Position numbers and translations under genes: made by a program. Under the pieces are notes generated by a model, which saw only the letters and a program-made list of their open reading frames with translations, did no database searches and was not told the DNA's origin. A stretch of DNA of 32,000 nucleotides from Nostoc punctiforme PCC 73102 (GTDB lineage: Bacteria > Cyanobacteriota > Cyanobacteriia > Cyanobacteriales > Nostocaceae): positions 3,030,001-3,062,000 of the forward strand of contig NC_010628.1 of the NCBI RefSeq assembly GCF_000020025.1. The letters are read 5' to 3'. Below, piece after piece: positions 16,809 through 24,972 of the stretch (its first letter is position 1; each line of letters starts with the position of its first letter).

Positions 16809-19151
16809 CTAGGTAGAAAATTCCAACCGATGTGCAGTACCATTATCCACAAAACTCTGTTCACCAACGCCAACTAATTCCACAATGGTTTCACGCGTTA
16901 TAGGTGAGAACTCACCTTCTCTGGCTGCAATCTCAACAATGGTTCTTTGCTGCTCGGAATAAACATGGTAAGTTGTGGTGCAAAAGGCTCCTGTTTTGTA
17001 CTCAAAAGTATGACCATCATCTTCATAAAGGGTAAACTCACCAACACCCTTCCAGATCCGCAGTCTCATTTGGTTTATGGGATGTTCATCTACATATTGC
17101 ATTACTGGCGCGATCGCAATAATTGAGCCAGCACGAACATATAACGGCATTTTCTCCAGTGGTGCATAAGCAAGAATGTGAATGGGTCCTATAAAAGTTT
17201 CCCCACTCCACCAATCATACCAACAACCTTCAGGCAAGTAGACGGCACGATGTTCAACGCCTGGACGGTAAATTGGTGCCGCTAGTAAGGAGGGGCCAAG
17301 CATTACTTGATCGGCAAGAGAAAAGGTTTTTGGGTCATTGGGGAAATCATACAGAAGTGGGCGAAGAATTGGTGCGCCAGTAGTTGCAGCCAACCAAAAA
17401 AGAGTGTAAATGTAAGGTAGTAGTTGATAACGGAGTTCAATGTACTCGCGGCAAATTTTTTCGATGCGATCGCCAAATACCCAAGGCTCATGCTGTGCAG
17501 TAGTTAATGCTGAATGCCCACGCATCAAGGGGTAAAGCATTCCTAGCTGCATCCAACGCGCATATAGTTCAGCCGTAGCATTCCCCGCAAACCCCCCAAT
17601 ATCACTACCAACAAAGGGAATACCCGATAGTCCCAGGTTACAAAGCATTGGTATGGACATTTCCAAGTGTTCCCACAGAGATTGATTGTCTCCTGTCCAG
17701 ATAGCTGACCAGCGTTGAATGCCAGCATATCCAGAGCGTGTCAATATAAAAGAGCGTTCAGTCGGACGAGATATTTTCGCTCCTTGATAAGATGCCTGTG
17801 CCATCATTAGCCCATAAAGATTGTGAACTTCCTTATGGGTGGTTATTTCCTCAATTGGCCCCTGTGGTGCATCAAGGGGAAAAGAAATCTTGTCACCAGG
17901 ATCGCCGAATGGACGGTCATCCAGTGCGGGTTCATTCATGTCGTTCCAGATGCCGGCAACACCAATATCAGTCAAACTTTTTTGCCAATTTCCCCACCAA
18001 TCTCTAACTTCAGGACGTAGGTAATCAGGAAAGACAGCCTTGTCTGGCCAAACATAGCCGTGGAACAATTGACCATTAGTTTTTCGGATGAAATAGTTAT
18101 TCTTTAATCCCTCGTCAAAGACTTTGTAATCTGCTTCTGGCTCGTATTTGACTCCCGGATCAACAATCGTCACTACTTTAAATCCATCTTGCTTAAGATT
18201 TCCGATTAATTTTTGAGGATCAGCAAATCGCTTGGGACTCCAGGTAAAAACCCTATAGCTATTCATATAGTCAATATCTAAATGAATAACATCACAGGGA
18301 ATGCGACGCTGACGAAATTCATCAGCTAGTTTGCGTACTATATCTTGTGACTCATAACTCCAGCGACATTGGTGATAACCTAATGACCATCGAGGTGGCA
18401 AAGGCATCCGTCCAGTTAGCTGGGTGTAAGTCTGGATAATTTTCGCAGGTTCAGGCCCATAAATAATGTAGTAATCTAGTTCGCTCCCCTGAGTTTCCAT
18501 CTGCCAGACTCCAGGCTGTTGTGCGCCCAGATCAAATCGGCTCCAATAAGTAGTATTAAAAAAAAGTCCGTATCCCAATCCAGGACGCAAGGCGATGAAA
18601 AAGGGAATTGCCTGATACATACTGTCTGTCATGATGCCGTAATCGATCGCATCTGATGCCCAGTTGGTTTTCACTTTTGATCGCTGATCTAGTAAACCAG
18701 TCGGTTCACCAAAACCATAGAAATGTTCGTCAGATTCAATCCGTTTCCACCCAGCAACCTCCCCTGTCCGCCACCCCATCCCTAAGTCTGTATCTTGTGC
18801 AAAAGGCTGTCCTACTGAGTCAAAACACTGGATACGACATGGATCGCGGGACACGACAATAGACAATTGCTCAGTTTCAATTTCTATAGTCTCTGCTGTT
18901 TCCCGCACTTCAAACGGCACAGTAGGCCATTCTTCATCCGCAAGTGCTACTGCCCACGATCGCCTAGAGAGAAATTCACCACTTGGGGCCATCCGTACCC
19001 GAATTAAGTTTGGTGCTAGCACACTAACTATTAGACAGGGGTCGCCGCACAGCAAGAGGATATGGCGCTCATTCTGTTGTATTGCTTGTACTGCTCCAAG
19101 GATTGACCAAGGCGCTTCAGTTGTGTGCAGTTGTCCAAAGTATTGTGGCAT
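16809..19151 (-). CDS. GH31-family alpha-glucosidase
   Basis: It carries GIWNDMNEPA (the nucleophile Asp region), IWTGDNQSLWEHL and FVGSDIGGFAG, and has the size typical of GH31. The maximal ORF starts at TTG 19211. ATG 19151 (MPQYFGQLH...), preceded by the purine-rich tcaggaatt, is the more likely start. Confidence 0.92.
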   Translation of the reverse strand: MPQYFGQLHTTEAPWSILGAVQAIQQNERHILLLCGDPCLIVSVLAPNLIRVRMAPSGEFLSRRSWAVALADEEWPTVPFEVRETAETIEIETEQLSIVVSRDPCRIQCFDSVGQPFAQDTDLGMGWRTGEVAGWKRIESDEHFYGFGEPTGLLDQRSKVKTNWASDAIDYGIMTDSMYQAIPFFIALRPGLGYGLFFNTTYWSRFDLGAQQPGVWQMETQGSELDYYIIYGPEPAKIIQTYTQLTGRMPLPPRWSLGYHQCRWSYESQDIVRKLADEFRQRRIPCDVIHLDIDYMNSYRVFTWSPKRFADPQKLIGNLKQDGFKVVTIVDPGVKYEPEADYKVFDEGLKNNYFIRKTNGQLFHGYVWPDKAVFPDYLRPEVRDWWGNWQKSLTDIGVAGIWNDMNEPALDDRPFGDPGDKISFPLDAPQGPIEEITTHKEVHNLYGLMMAQASYQGAKISRPTERSFILTRSGYAGIQRWSAIWTGDNQSLWEHLEMSIPMLCNLGLSGIPFVGSDIGGFAGNATAELYARWMQLGMLYPLMRGHSALTTAQHEPWVFGDRIEKICREYIELRYQLLPYIYTLFWLAATTGAPILRPLLYDFPNDPKTFSLADQVMLGPSLLAAPIYRPGVEHRAVYLPEGCWYDWWSGETFIGPIHILAYAPLEKMPLYVRAGSIIAIAPVMQYVDEHPINQMRLRIWKGVGEFTLYEDDGHTFEYKTGAFCTTTYHVYSEQQRTIVEIAAREGEFSPITRETIVELVGVGEQSFVDNGTAHRLEFST

Positions 19152-19294
19152 AATTCCTGATTTTAAGATAATTATTTTACCCAATTGAGATTCACATAAA
19201 CTACTACTCAAAAGCGTGTATCTTTAGGCATAGCGTATATTGAACTTTATTTATCACTGTCCTAGGCAATCACAGCCGCGCTTTGGAGCCAAAA

Positions 19295-19326
19295 GTAGTA
19301 ATATCTGCGATCGCAGACATTACTAC
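19295..19326. promoter_or_regulatory. 32-nt near-perfect palindrome centred on a HIP1 site, in the divergent GH31/CDF intergenic region
   Basis: In GTAGTAATATCTGCGA|TCGCAGACATTACTAC, 15 of 16 positions are self-complementary. It lies 174 nt upstream of the CDF ATG. Confidence 0.35.
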
Positions 19327-19499
19327 CGTTCCCCAGAGAAACAATGGTGTTACTCATTCCCTCCAAGAGCGATCGCTTTCTATGCCCCACGATTACCCGT
19401 TTCTATGTGAATACGAAATTCTAATCAAAGTCTCAAGGCGGATGAAGCTATGAGCTAAATTTGTTACTGTTGGCTAAAAATTACAATTGAGTAAATTTG

Positions 19500-20411
19500 A
19501 TGAGTGGTCGAACAGTGCGCTCCTATGCTTTCTTATCAATTGGGGCAGCAATTGTTACTATTGCCTTGAAGTTTGGGGCTTATCTGCTAACCGGATCGGT
19601 AGGGTTGCTTTCGGATGCGATTGAATCGTGTGTGAATCTGGCGGCAGCATTGGTGGCACTGTGGGCAGTAACTTATGCTGCCAAACCAGCCGATGCAGAA
19701 CACACCTTTGGGCATTCTAAAGCAGAATATTTTTCCAGTGGAGCCGAAGGTGCGTTGATTATAGTTGCAGCTATTAGTATTGCAGTTGAAGCTTGGGGAA
19801 GGTTATTGCATCCAGAAGCGATCGCTCAAGTGGGATTGGGGTTGGCTCTATCAATGTTGGCAACAGCAGTCAACGGTGTAGTTGCTTTTGTGTTGCTAAA
19901 AGCGGGACGACGTTTGCGTTCGATTACACTGCGAGCTGATGCTCACCACCTATTTACTGATGTCTGGACTTCGGGTGGTGTGATAGTGGGAATCTTTTTG
20001 GTTCAGGTAACAGGTTGGCTAGTACTTGACCCAATCATCGCTTTGTTGGTAGCAGTCAATATTGTCTGGACAGGATTTCGTTTGCTACGAGAAAGCTTTT
20101 TTGGATTGCTGGATACTGCCTTGCCTATTGAAGAAATAGAGACAATCCGGGTTATTCTCAGTAAATATGAACGCCAAGGTATCCAGTTCCATGCAATGCG
20201 TTCTCGGATTGCTGGAACACGTCGGTTTATTTCCTTTCATGTTTTAGTGCCTGGAGTATGGACAGTGCGGCAAGGACATGATTTATGCGAAGCAATTGAG
20301 TTGAGCATCATTCAAGCACTGCCAAAAAGCAGCATCATAACTCATCTCGAACCATTAGAAGACCCTGTATCCTGGGACGATCAGGAATTGGAGCGGACTA
20401 GTAACCAATGA
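19500..20411 (+). CDS. Cation diffusion facilitator (CDF) family divalent-metal efflux transporter
   Basis: It has six hydrophobic helices, HTFGHSKAEYF after TM2 and HHLFTDVWTS (an H-x3-D metal site in TM5). A C-terminal cytoplasmic domain follows. TTG 19497 immediately precedes ATG 19500. Confidence 0.92.
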   Translation: MSGRTVRSYAFLSIGAAIVTIALKFGAYLLTGSVGLLSDAIESCVNLAAALVALWAVTYAAKPADAEHTFGHSKAEYFSSGAEGALIIVAAISIAVEAWGRLLHPEAIAQVGLGLALSMLATAVNGVVAFVLLKAGRRLRSITLRADAHHLFTDVWTSGGVIVGIFLVQVTGWLVLDPIIALLVAVNIVWTGFRLLRESFFGLLDTALPIEEIETIRVILSKYERQGIQFHAMRSRIAGTRRFISFHVLVPGVWTVRQGHDLCEAIELSIIQALPKSSIITHLEPLEDPVSWDDQELERTSNQ

Positions 20412-20660
20412 CAAGAATCACTTGCAAGAACTGTTCAAGAGGCTAAATAATAGGTGAAGCATCTTCTAAACACAAAACAGCCACCTCTGCTCCATTCAAC
20501 GATCCAACATCAGCAGTGTTTTTTGAATAAGTGTATGTATGAGGCGGTAGCCCCTAGGGACGAAAAAAAGCAAGTACCTCTGGAAATCTGCATAATTCTT
20601 TACCTAATTACACAGAAGTTACAGTTAGTAACCTCTGTGTAGTTAGCAATTTTAAAAATT

Positions 20661-20770
20661 TTAACTATCTCCTTAATTGTCTTAACTGTCTTAACTGTCC
20701 GCTTAACTGTCTTAACTGTCTTAATTGTCTTAACCATCCGCTTAACTGTCCGCTTAACTGTCTTAACTGC
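20661..20770. repeat. Nonamer tandem array CTTAACTGT (about 11 units) with interspersed CCG triplets
   Basis: The array reads cttaattgt, cttaactgt x2, ccg, cttaactgt x2, cttaattgt, cttaaccat, ccg, cttaactgt, ccg, cttaactgt, cttaactgc. Confidence 0.9.
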
Positions 20771-21378
20771 TATTGCATTTTGTAGATAAAGCTGAGATGA
20801 TTTGTAGGCTGAACTTCAGTCTGTTGTTTGAAATGCAGTTATTAAATTGAAAATTAGTCTAATTTAATAAATCTATTGTAGAAATCTATCATAATGAAAG
20901 CTTTGTCCAATATTAGATAGCAGGAATAACCGTAAATATTATCTCATAAGCAATCTCTAATCCATCGCAAAAAACTATAGAGTTCACACCAATCAAAAAT
21001 ATAAAATGCTTGTCATTAATGGGGGCGGTATCAGGGAAATTATACCAGCATAAATAGAAAAGCGAATACTAAAAATTATTTTCAGTTTGTTAGATTTAAT
21101 TGCTAATATTTAAACCGGAGGTGTTCTTACAATCAGACTAGTAGAATTTTATTAACCTTAAATAAATCTTATACATTTCCGAGCGCTGAATTATAGTGTT
21201 ACAAATCTTCCCAAAAATATCTTTAGTATAGGAATGAGATATTTTACGAGCTATCATTTAAACACATAGTTGCTTTAATAGAGAATATGTTATTCTCATG
21301 AAAATATTTTTCTGGATTAGATACTTAAGTAGCGTTTTCATCAGCATCCAAATGTAAGGATTTTAGGTAATTATTATA

Positions 21379-21771
21379 ATGGATGACATAGTTAAAAAAC
21401 TTGCTGGTCTGGGTCTTCCTGGTGTAATACTCGTGATTCTAACGGTAACAACAGGGGGTAGTTCTGCTGCTGTTGCAGCTACTCTGACAGCCTTGGGAGG
21501 GCCGTTTGGCATCGTCGGAGGTATAGCTCTGCTAGGTCTAGTAACTGTGGTAGGAGATACTGTAACGGGATATGGAATTGAAGCCATTCTTAAAGGCATC
21601 TATACAGAACGTAGCAAAACTGAATCTGTGATATTTCTCTTCAAAGAAATTCAAGGTTTACCGATTACAGAGGAGCTAAAACTCAAACTGAAAAATCAAC
21701 TTAGTGTAGCAATGATTACTGATACTAAAGAGGTTCGATATCTAAAAAAAATTGAAATCATCGAGAAATAG
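21379..21771 (+). CDS. Small Gly/Ala-rich two-helix membrane protein, paralogue A (unknown family)
   Basis: It is 130 aa: MDDIVKKLAGLGLPG, then two hydrophobic helices with small-residue spacing (GGPFGIVGGIALLGLVTVVG), then YTERSKTESV...EELKLKLKN and a charged tail. It is 92/130 identical to the 24973-25365 ORF (my hand alignment). The conservation is in this frame. Confidence 0.75.
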   Translation: MDDIVKKLAGLGLPGVILVILTVTTGGSSAAVAATLTALGGPFGIVGGIALLGLVTVVGDTVTGYGIEAILKGIYTERSKTESVIFLFKEIQGLPITEELKLKLKNQLSVAMITDTKEVRYLKKIEIIEK

Positions 21772-22001
21772 TTTTTATAAAAACTGTACGTTGTTCAACC
21801 TAAATTTTGAGCGCTTTAATTCAGGTGAGTTCCCTCTAAATCACTCGATAAATTGGGAAACTTTGATTCCAGTCACCTACCTTTTTAGGGGGATAGAGGA
21901 AATAAATTAAGTGTCTAAAATCACAGATAAACACTTTTAAAACAACCTTTGAGGCTTTCTGAGTGAGTATGTAAACTACGAGGTATTGGAGTTGTGACCA
22001 A

Positions 22002-23093
22002 ATGGAATCTTTAAGTAAGGCATCTTATCGAATTGTTGCCATTCCTGGAGAAGGGATTGGGCCAGAAGTTGTAGAAGCTTCCTTAAAAATTCTGCAACAC
22101 GTTGCTAAAATTCAAGGATTTACCTTACAGGTAGACTATGGTTGGCTCGGCGCAACTGCCTTTGAACAACTGGGTAGTTACTTCCCTCAAGCCACTACCG
22201 AACTGTGCGATGGAGCCGATGGGATTGTATTTGGTGCAGTTAGTCAAGGCGGATTGCTGGAACTCCGAAAACACTTCGACTTTTTTTGCAATCTTCGTCC
22301 AATCCGTAGCGTTAACAGCCTTCTGCATAAATCTAGTCTTCGACCAGAGAAAATTCAAGGACTTGATATTCTCATCGTTCGAGAACTGGTGAGTGGAATC
22401 TATTTTGGGCCGTCTGGACGCTCCTCAGATGAACGAGGAAATTATGGATACCATACGATGCGCTATTACGATGAAGAAATTCGTCGGATTGCTCGTAAAG
22501 CTTTAGAGCAAGCCCAATACCGTCGAGGATTACTCACCGTAGCTCACAAAGAAAACGCCTTACCTCATTTGCATTGGACTCGTCTAGTTCAAGAAGAAGC
22601 CACAAAGTTTCCCAACGTTATTGTTGAACCAATGCTGGTGGATAACTTAGCCATGCAAATGGTTCTGAATCCCCAACGGTTTGATGTAATTTTGGCGAGT
22701 AATTTGTTTGGAGATATTCTCAGCGATATTGGCGGTGCATTAGTTGGCTCAATTGGCTTATTAGGATCGGCAAGTCTTAACGCTAATGGATTTGGTTTGT
22801 ACGAGGCCATTCACGGTACAGCGCCAGATATTGCAGGCTTAGGAATTGCTAATCCCCTCGGAACCTTGGGAGCTTGTGTTTTAATGCTTCAGCAATGGGG
22901 AGAAGTGCAGGCTGCCCAACAGATTATTGCAGCGCAAGACCGAATTTTAGCTAAGGGATACCGAACAGCTGATTTGTTTACCCAAGGCGAAGAAATTTTA
23001 GTTAATACTGCAACCTTAGTTGACCTTTTACTTGAAGAACTTTCAGTTGTGCAACATTCTCAATTAGGAGTACTTCATGAGTCACGAAAATAA
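22002..23093 (+). CDS. hphB: 3-isopropylmalate dehydrogenase homologue; candidate homo-amino-acid pathway dehydrogenase (HphB-like)
   Basis: It is 363 aa. Motifs are IVAIPGEGIGPEVV, CNLRP, ILIVRELVSGIYFG, SNLFGDILSDIGG and YEAIHGTAPDIAG, the beta-decarboxylating dehydrogenase signature. It overlaps the isomerase gene by 17 nt and lies upstream of an NRPS. The symbol is assigned by context, not proven. Confidence 0.85.
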   Translation: MESLSKASYRIVAIPGEGIGPEVVEASLKILQHVAKIQGFTLQVDYGWLGATAFEQLGSYFPQATTELCDGADGIVFGAVSQGGLLELRKHFDFFCNLRPIRSVNSLLHKSSLRPEKIQGLDILIVRELVSGIYFGPSGRSSDERGNYGYHTMRYYDEEIRRIARKALEQAQYRRGLLTVAHKENALPHLHWTRLVQEEATKFPNVIVEPMLVDNLAMQMVLNPQRFDVILASNLFGDILSDIGGALVGSIGLLGSASLNANGFGLYEAIHGTAPDIAGLGIANPLGTLGACVLMLQQWGEVQAAQQIIAAQDRILAKGYRTADLFTQGEEILVNTATLVDLLLEELSVVQHSQLGVLHESRK

Positions 23094-24786
23094 CGTTTTG
23101 CACCTTGGTGATGATATCAATACTGATGATATTATTCCTGCTAATCGAGCTACAAATGATGACCTAGATAGTTTAAAACATTATGCTTTAGAGCATGTTA
23201 TTGGAGCAGGTGAACTGCTAAAATATGATGTGATTGAAGCAGGAGAAAATTTCGGCTGTGGTTCCAGTCGAGAAATTGCTCCCATTGCCCTACAAGCTGC
23301 TGGAATTACAAAGATTCGGGCGCGATCGTTCGCCGAGATTTTTTATCGTAATAGCATCAATATTGGACTTTCTCTAGAAATTCTAGGGGAGAAACAGGAG
23401 AATCCTGTAGTTGATGCGATCGCAGCAGCAGGTGGGTTAATGTCTTTTAATCAGCTGCGTCGTCAGGGTCAGATTAGCATTCCTGGGAGCCTCACTCCGC
23501 CAAGACCTATGACTTTAGTAGAAAAACTCTTGGGCCTTGCCTCTAGAAATTCCTACGTCCAGCCTGGAGAAGTGGTTTTTGCTCAGGTCGATTTAGCATT
23601 ATCCCATGATGCTGTGGCCGGGCCTGTAGCTCAAACATTCTATAAACAGTATGGAGAAGGAACAAAGTTATGGGACTCCCAAAAGGTGGTCTTAGTAGCA
23701 GATCACTTCATCCAAATCAACGACATCCGTGCTGATGACAAAGCATATCTGATGTACGAACAGATGATTGAATTTGCTAAATTCCAAGGATGCCACTTAT
23801 TTGATGTGGTTTCCCCAGGTGAAGCAACAGGCATCTGTCACGTTTTACTACCAGAAAAAGGGTTTGTCCGACCAGGGATGATAATTGCCGGTACAGATTC
23901 CCATACCTGCACCTACGGAGCATTGGGAGCCTTTTCCACAGGCGTGGGAACGACAGATATGGCTAATATTTATGCCACAGGAGATATGTGGATTCGTATT
24001 CCTCCAACCCTAGTATTTGAGTTGTCTGGAACCTTACCTCCTAAAATCAGTGCCAAAGATATTATCCTGTTTATTTTGGGACAAATCGGCTGTGCTGGCG
24101 CTACTAGTAAGGTAATGGAGTTTAGAGGGTCAATCCTGGCACAACTGCCCTTTGATGAACGGTTGACTTTAGCCAATATGGCCGTGGAGTGTGGTGCAAT
24201 CTGTGGGTTGATTGTTCCTGATGAAGTAACCCGTGAATATCTAAAAAACCGAGTTTCAGAAGAATTTCAAGAGATTATCGGCGATGCTGATGCTGAGTAC
24301 GAAAGGGTTTATCAATTTGACCTCAGCAGTTTAGAACCACAAGTTGCCCGTCCCCCGAAACCAGATCGGGTAGTTGCCATTAGTCAGTTAGAAAACATTC
24401 CGATTACTAAAGCCTTTATTGGCTCTTGTACTGGAGGAAAACTCTATGACTTAGCTCAAGCAGCCGAAGTTTTAAAGGGTCGCCAACTGGCAGACGGTGT
24501 AAACTTGTTTATTGTACCTGCAACTATTGAAATTAGAGAACAAGCTCAAGAATTGGGCTATATCGACATTTTTGAACAAGCAGGGGCACAAATTCTCAAG
24601 ACAGGTTGTGGGGCTTGTATCAATTCTGGATTTGGGGTTTTAGCGAAAGAAGAAACAGGTATTTATGCAACCAATCGCAATTTTAAAGGACGCAGTGGCG
24701 ATCCAACGGGCAAAAATTATTTAGCCTCACCCAGAACAGTAGCTATCTCTGCTGTAAATGGAAAAATTAGCGATCGCTTTGATTAA
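23077..24786 (+). CDS. hphCD: Fused isopropylmalate/homoaconitate-isomerase-like protein with the small (LeuD-like) domain N-terminal to the large (LeuC-like) domain (HphCD-like)
   Basis: Residues 1 to about 125 carry LeuD motifs: GDDINTDDIIPA, GENFGCGSSREIAPIAL and RSFAEIFYRNSINIGL. From the internal Met at 23509 (MTLVEKLL) the LeuC/aconitase motifs follow: ADHFIQ, GTDSHTC, GSCTGGK, GCGACIN (Fe-S Cys ligands) and NRNFKGRSG. Confidence 0.88.
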   Translation: MSHENNVLHLGDDINTDDIIPANRATNDDLDSLKHYALEHVIGAGELLKYDVIEAGENFGCGSSREIAPIALQAAGITKIRARSFAEIFYRNSINIGLSLEILGEKQENPVVDAIAAAGGLMSFNQLRRQGQISIPGSLTPPRPMTLVEKLLGLASRNSYVQPGEVVFAQVDLALSHDAVAGPVAQTFYKQYGEGTKLWDSQKVVLVADHFIQINDIRADDKAYLMYEQMIEFAKFQGCHLFDVVSPGEATGICHVLLPEKGFVRPGMIIAGTDSHTCTYGALGAFSTGVGTTDMANIYATGDMWIRIPPTLVFELSGTLPPKISAKDIILFILGQIGCAGATSKVMEFRGSILAQLPFDERLTLANMAVECGAICGLIVPDEVTREYLKNRVSEEFQEIIGDADAEYERVYQFDLSSLEPQVARPPKPDRVVAISQLENIPITKAFIGSCTGGKLYDLAQAAEVLKGRQLADGVNLFIVPATIEIREQAQELGYIDIFEQAGAQILKTGCGACINSGFGVLAKEETGIYATNRNFKGRSGDPTGKNYLASPRTVAISAVNGKISDRFD

Positions 24787-24972
24787 AGACTGAGCTATCA
24801 GATGGGGTTGAATTAGAGATAAAACTCAAAAAATATTAACCCAATCTAAACGTGAATTACTCTTATTTAGCTTAGTCTAGGTTTTGAGAGAGGTTTCTTG
24901 ATTTACAAAGACTCCATGCTCTTCCCCTTAGTAATGTCTTAACCAAGAAAAAAAAGATTTTAGGTAATAAAA

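Noticed and set aside
17303-18862. Short ORFs on both strands inside the GH31 gene, at 17303-17491, 17543-17728, 17792-18024 and 18656-18862.
   Set aside because: They are nested within or antisense to a well-supported 780-aa glycoside hydrolase frame and have no independent support.
20454-20642. A 62-aa plus-strand ORF after the CDF gene.
   Set aside because: It has a GTG-type start with no ribosome-binding site and a low-complexity, non-conserved-looking peptide. It sits in hairpin- and repeat-containing spacer DNA, so non-coding is more likely.
14959-20770. The tandem arrays at 14959-15035, 16694-16728 and 20661-20770, considered as possible CRISPR arrays.
   Set aside because: The units are 7 or 9 nt and contiguous, with no unique spacers of 25-40 nt, and there are no cas genes. 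They are STRR-type microsatellite-like arrays, not CRISPR.
21363-21599. A 78-aa minus-strand ORF antisense to paralogue A. Its counterpart at 24960-25187 is antisense to paralogue B. Both are conserved between the two copies.
   Set aside because: The conservation is inherited from the sense-strand genes. Gly/Ala/Val-rich codons (GGN, GCN, GTN) read open on the opposite strand as Pro/Thr/Ala-rich low-complexity peptide. The sense frame has the start context, the shared upstream motif and a sensible membrane-protein architecture.
21771-21784. The perfect 14-nt palindrome GTTTTTATAAAAAC at the stop codon of paralogue A.
   Set aside because: It is pure A/T with no loop, so it makes a poor hairpin. 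Such palindromes arise easily by chance in AT-rich spacers, and it is not repeated after paralogue B.
22002-24786. Reading the dehydrogenase and isomerase genes as ordinary housekeeping leuB/leuCD.
   Set aside because: The subunit fusion in permuted order, the 17-nt overlap, the bracketing by cluster-specific paralogues and the position directly upstream of an NRPS all argue for a dedicated secondary-metabolism copy. This cannot be excluded without the rest of the genome, as stated in the finding.
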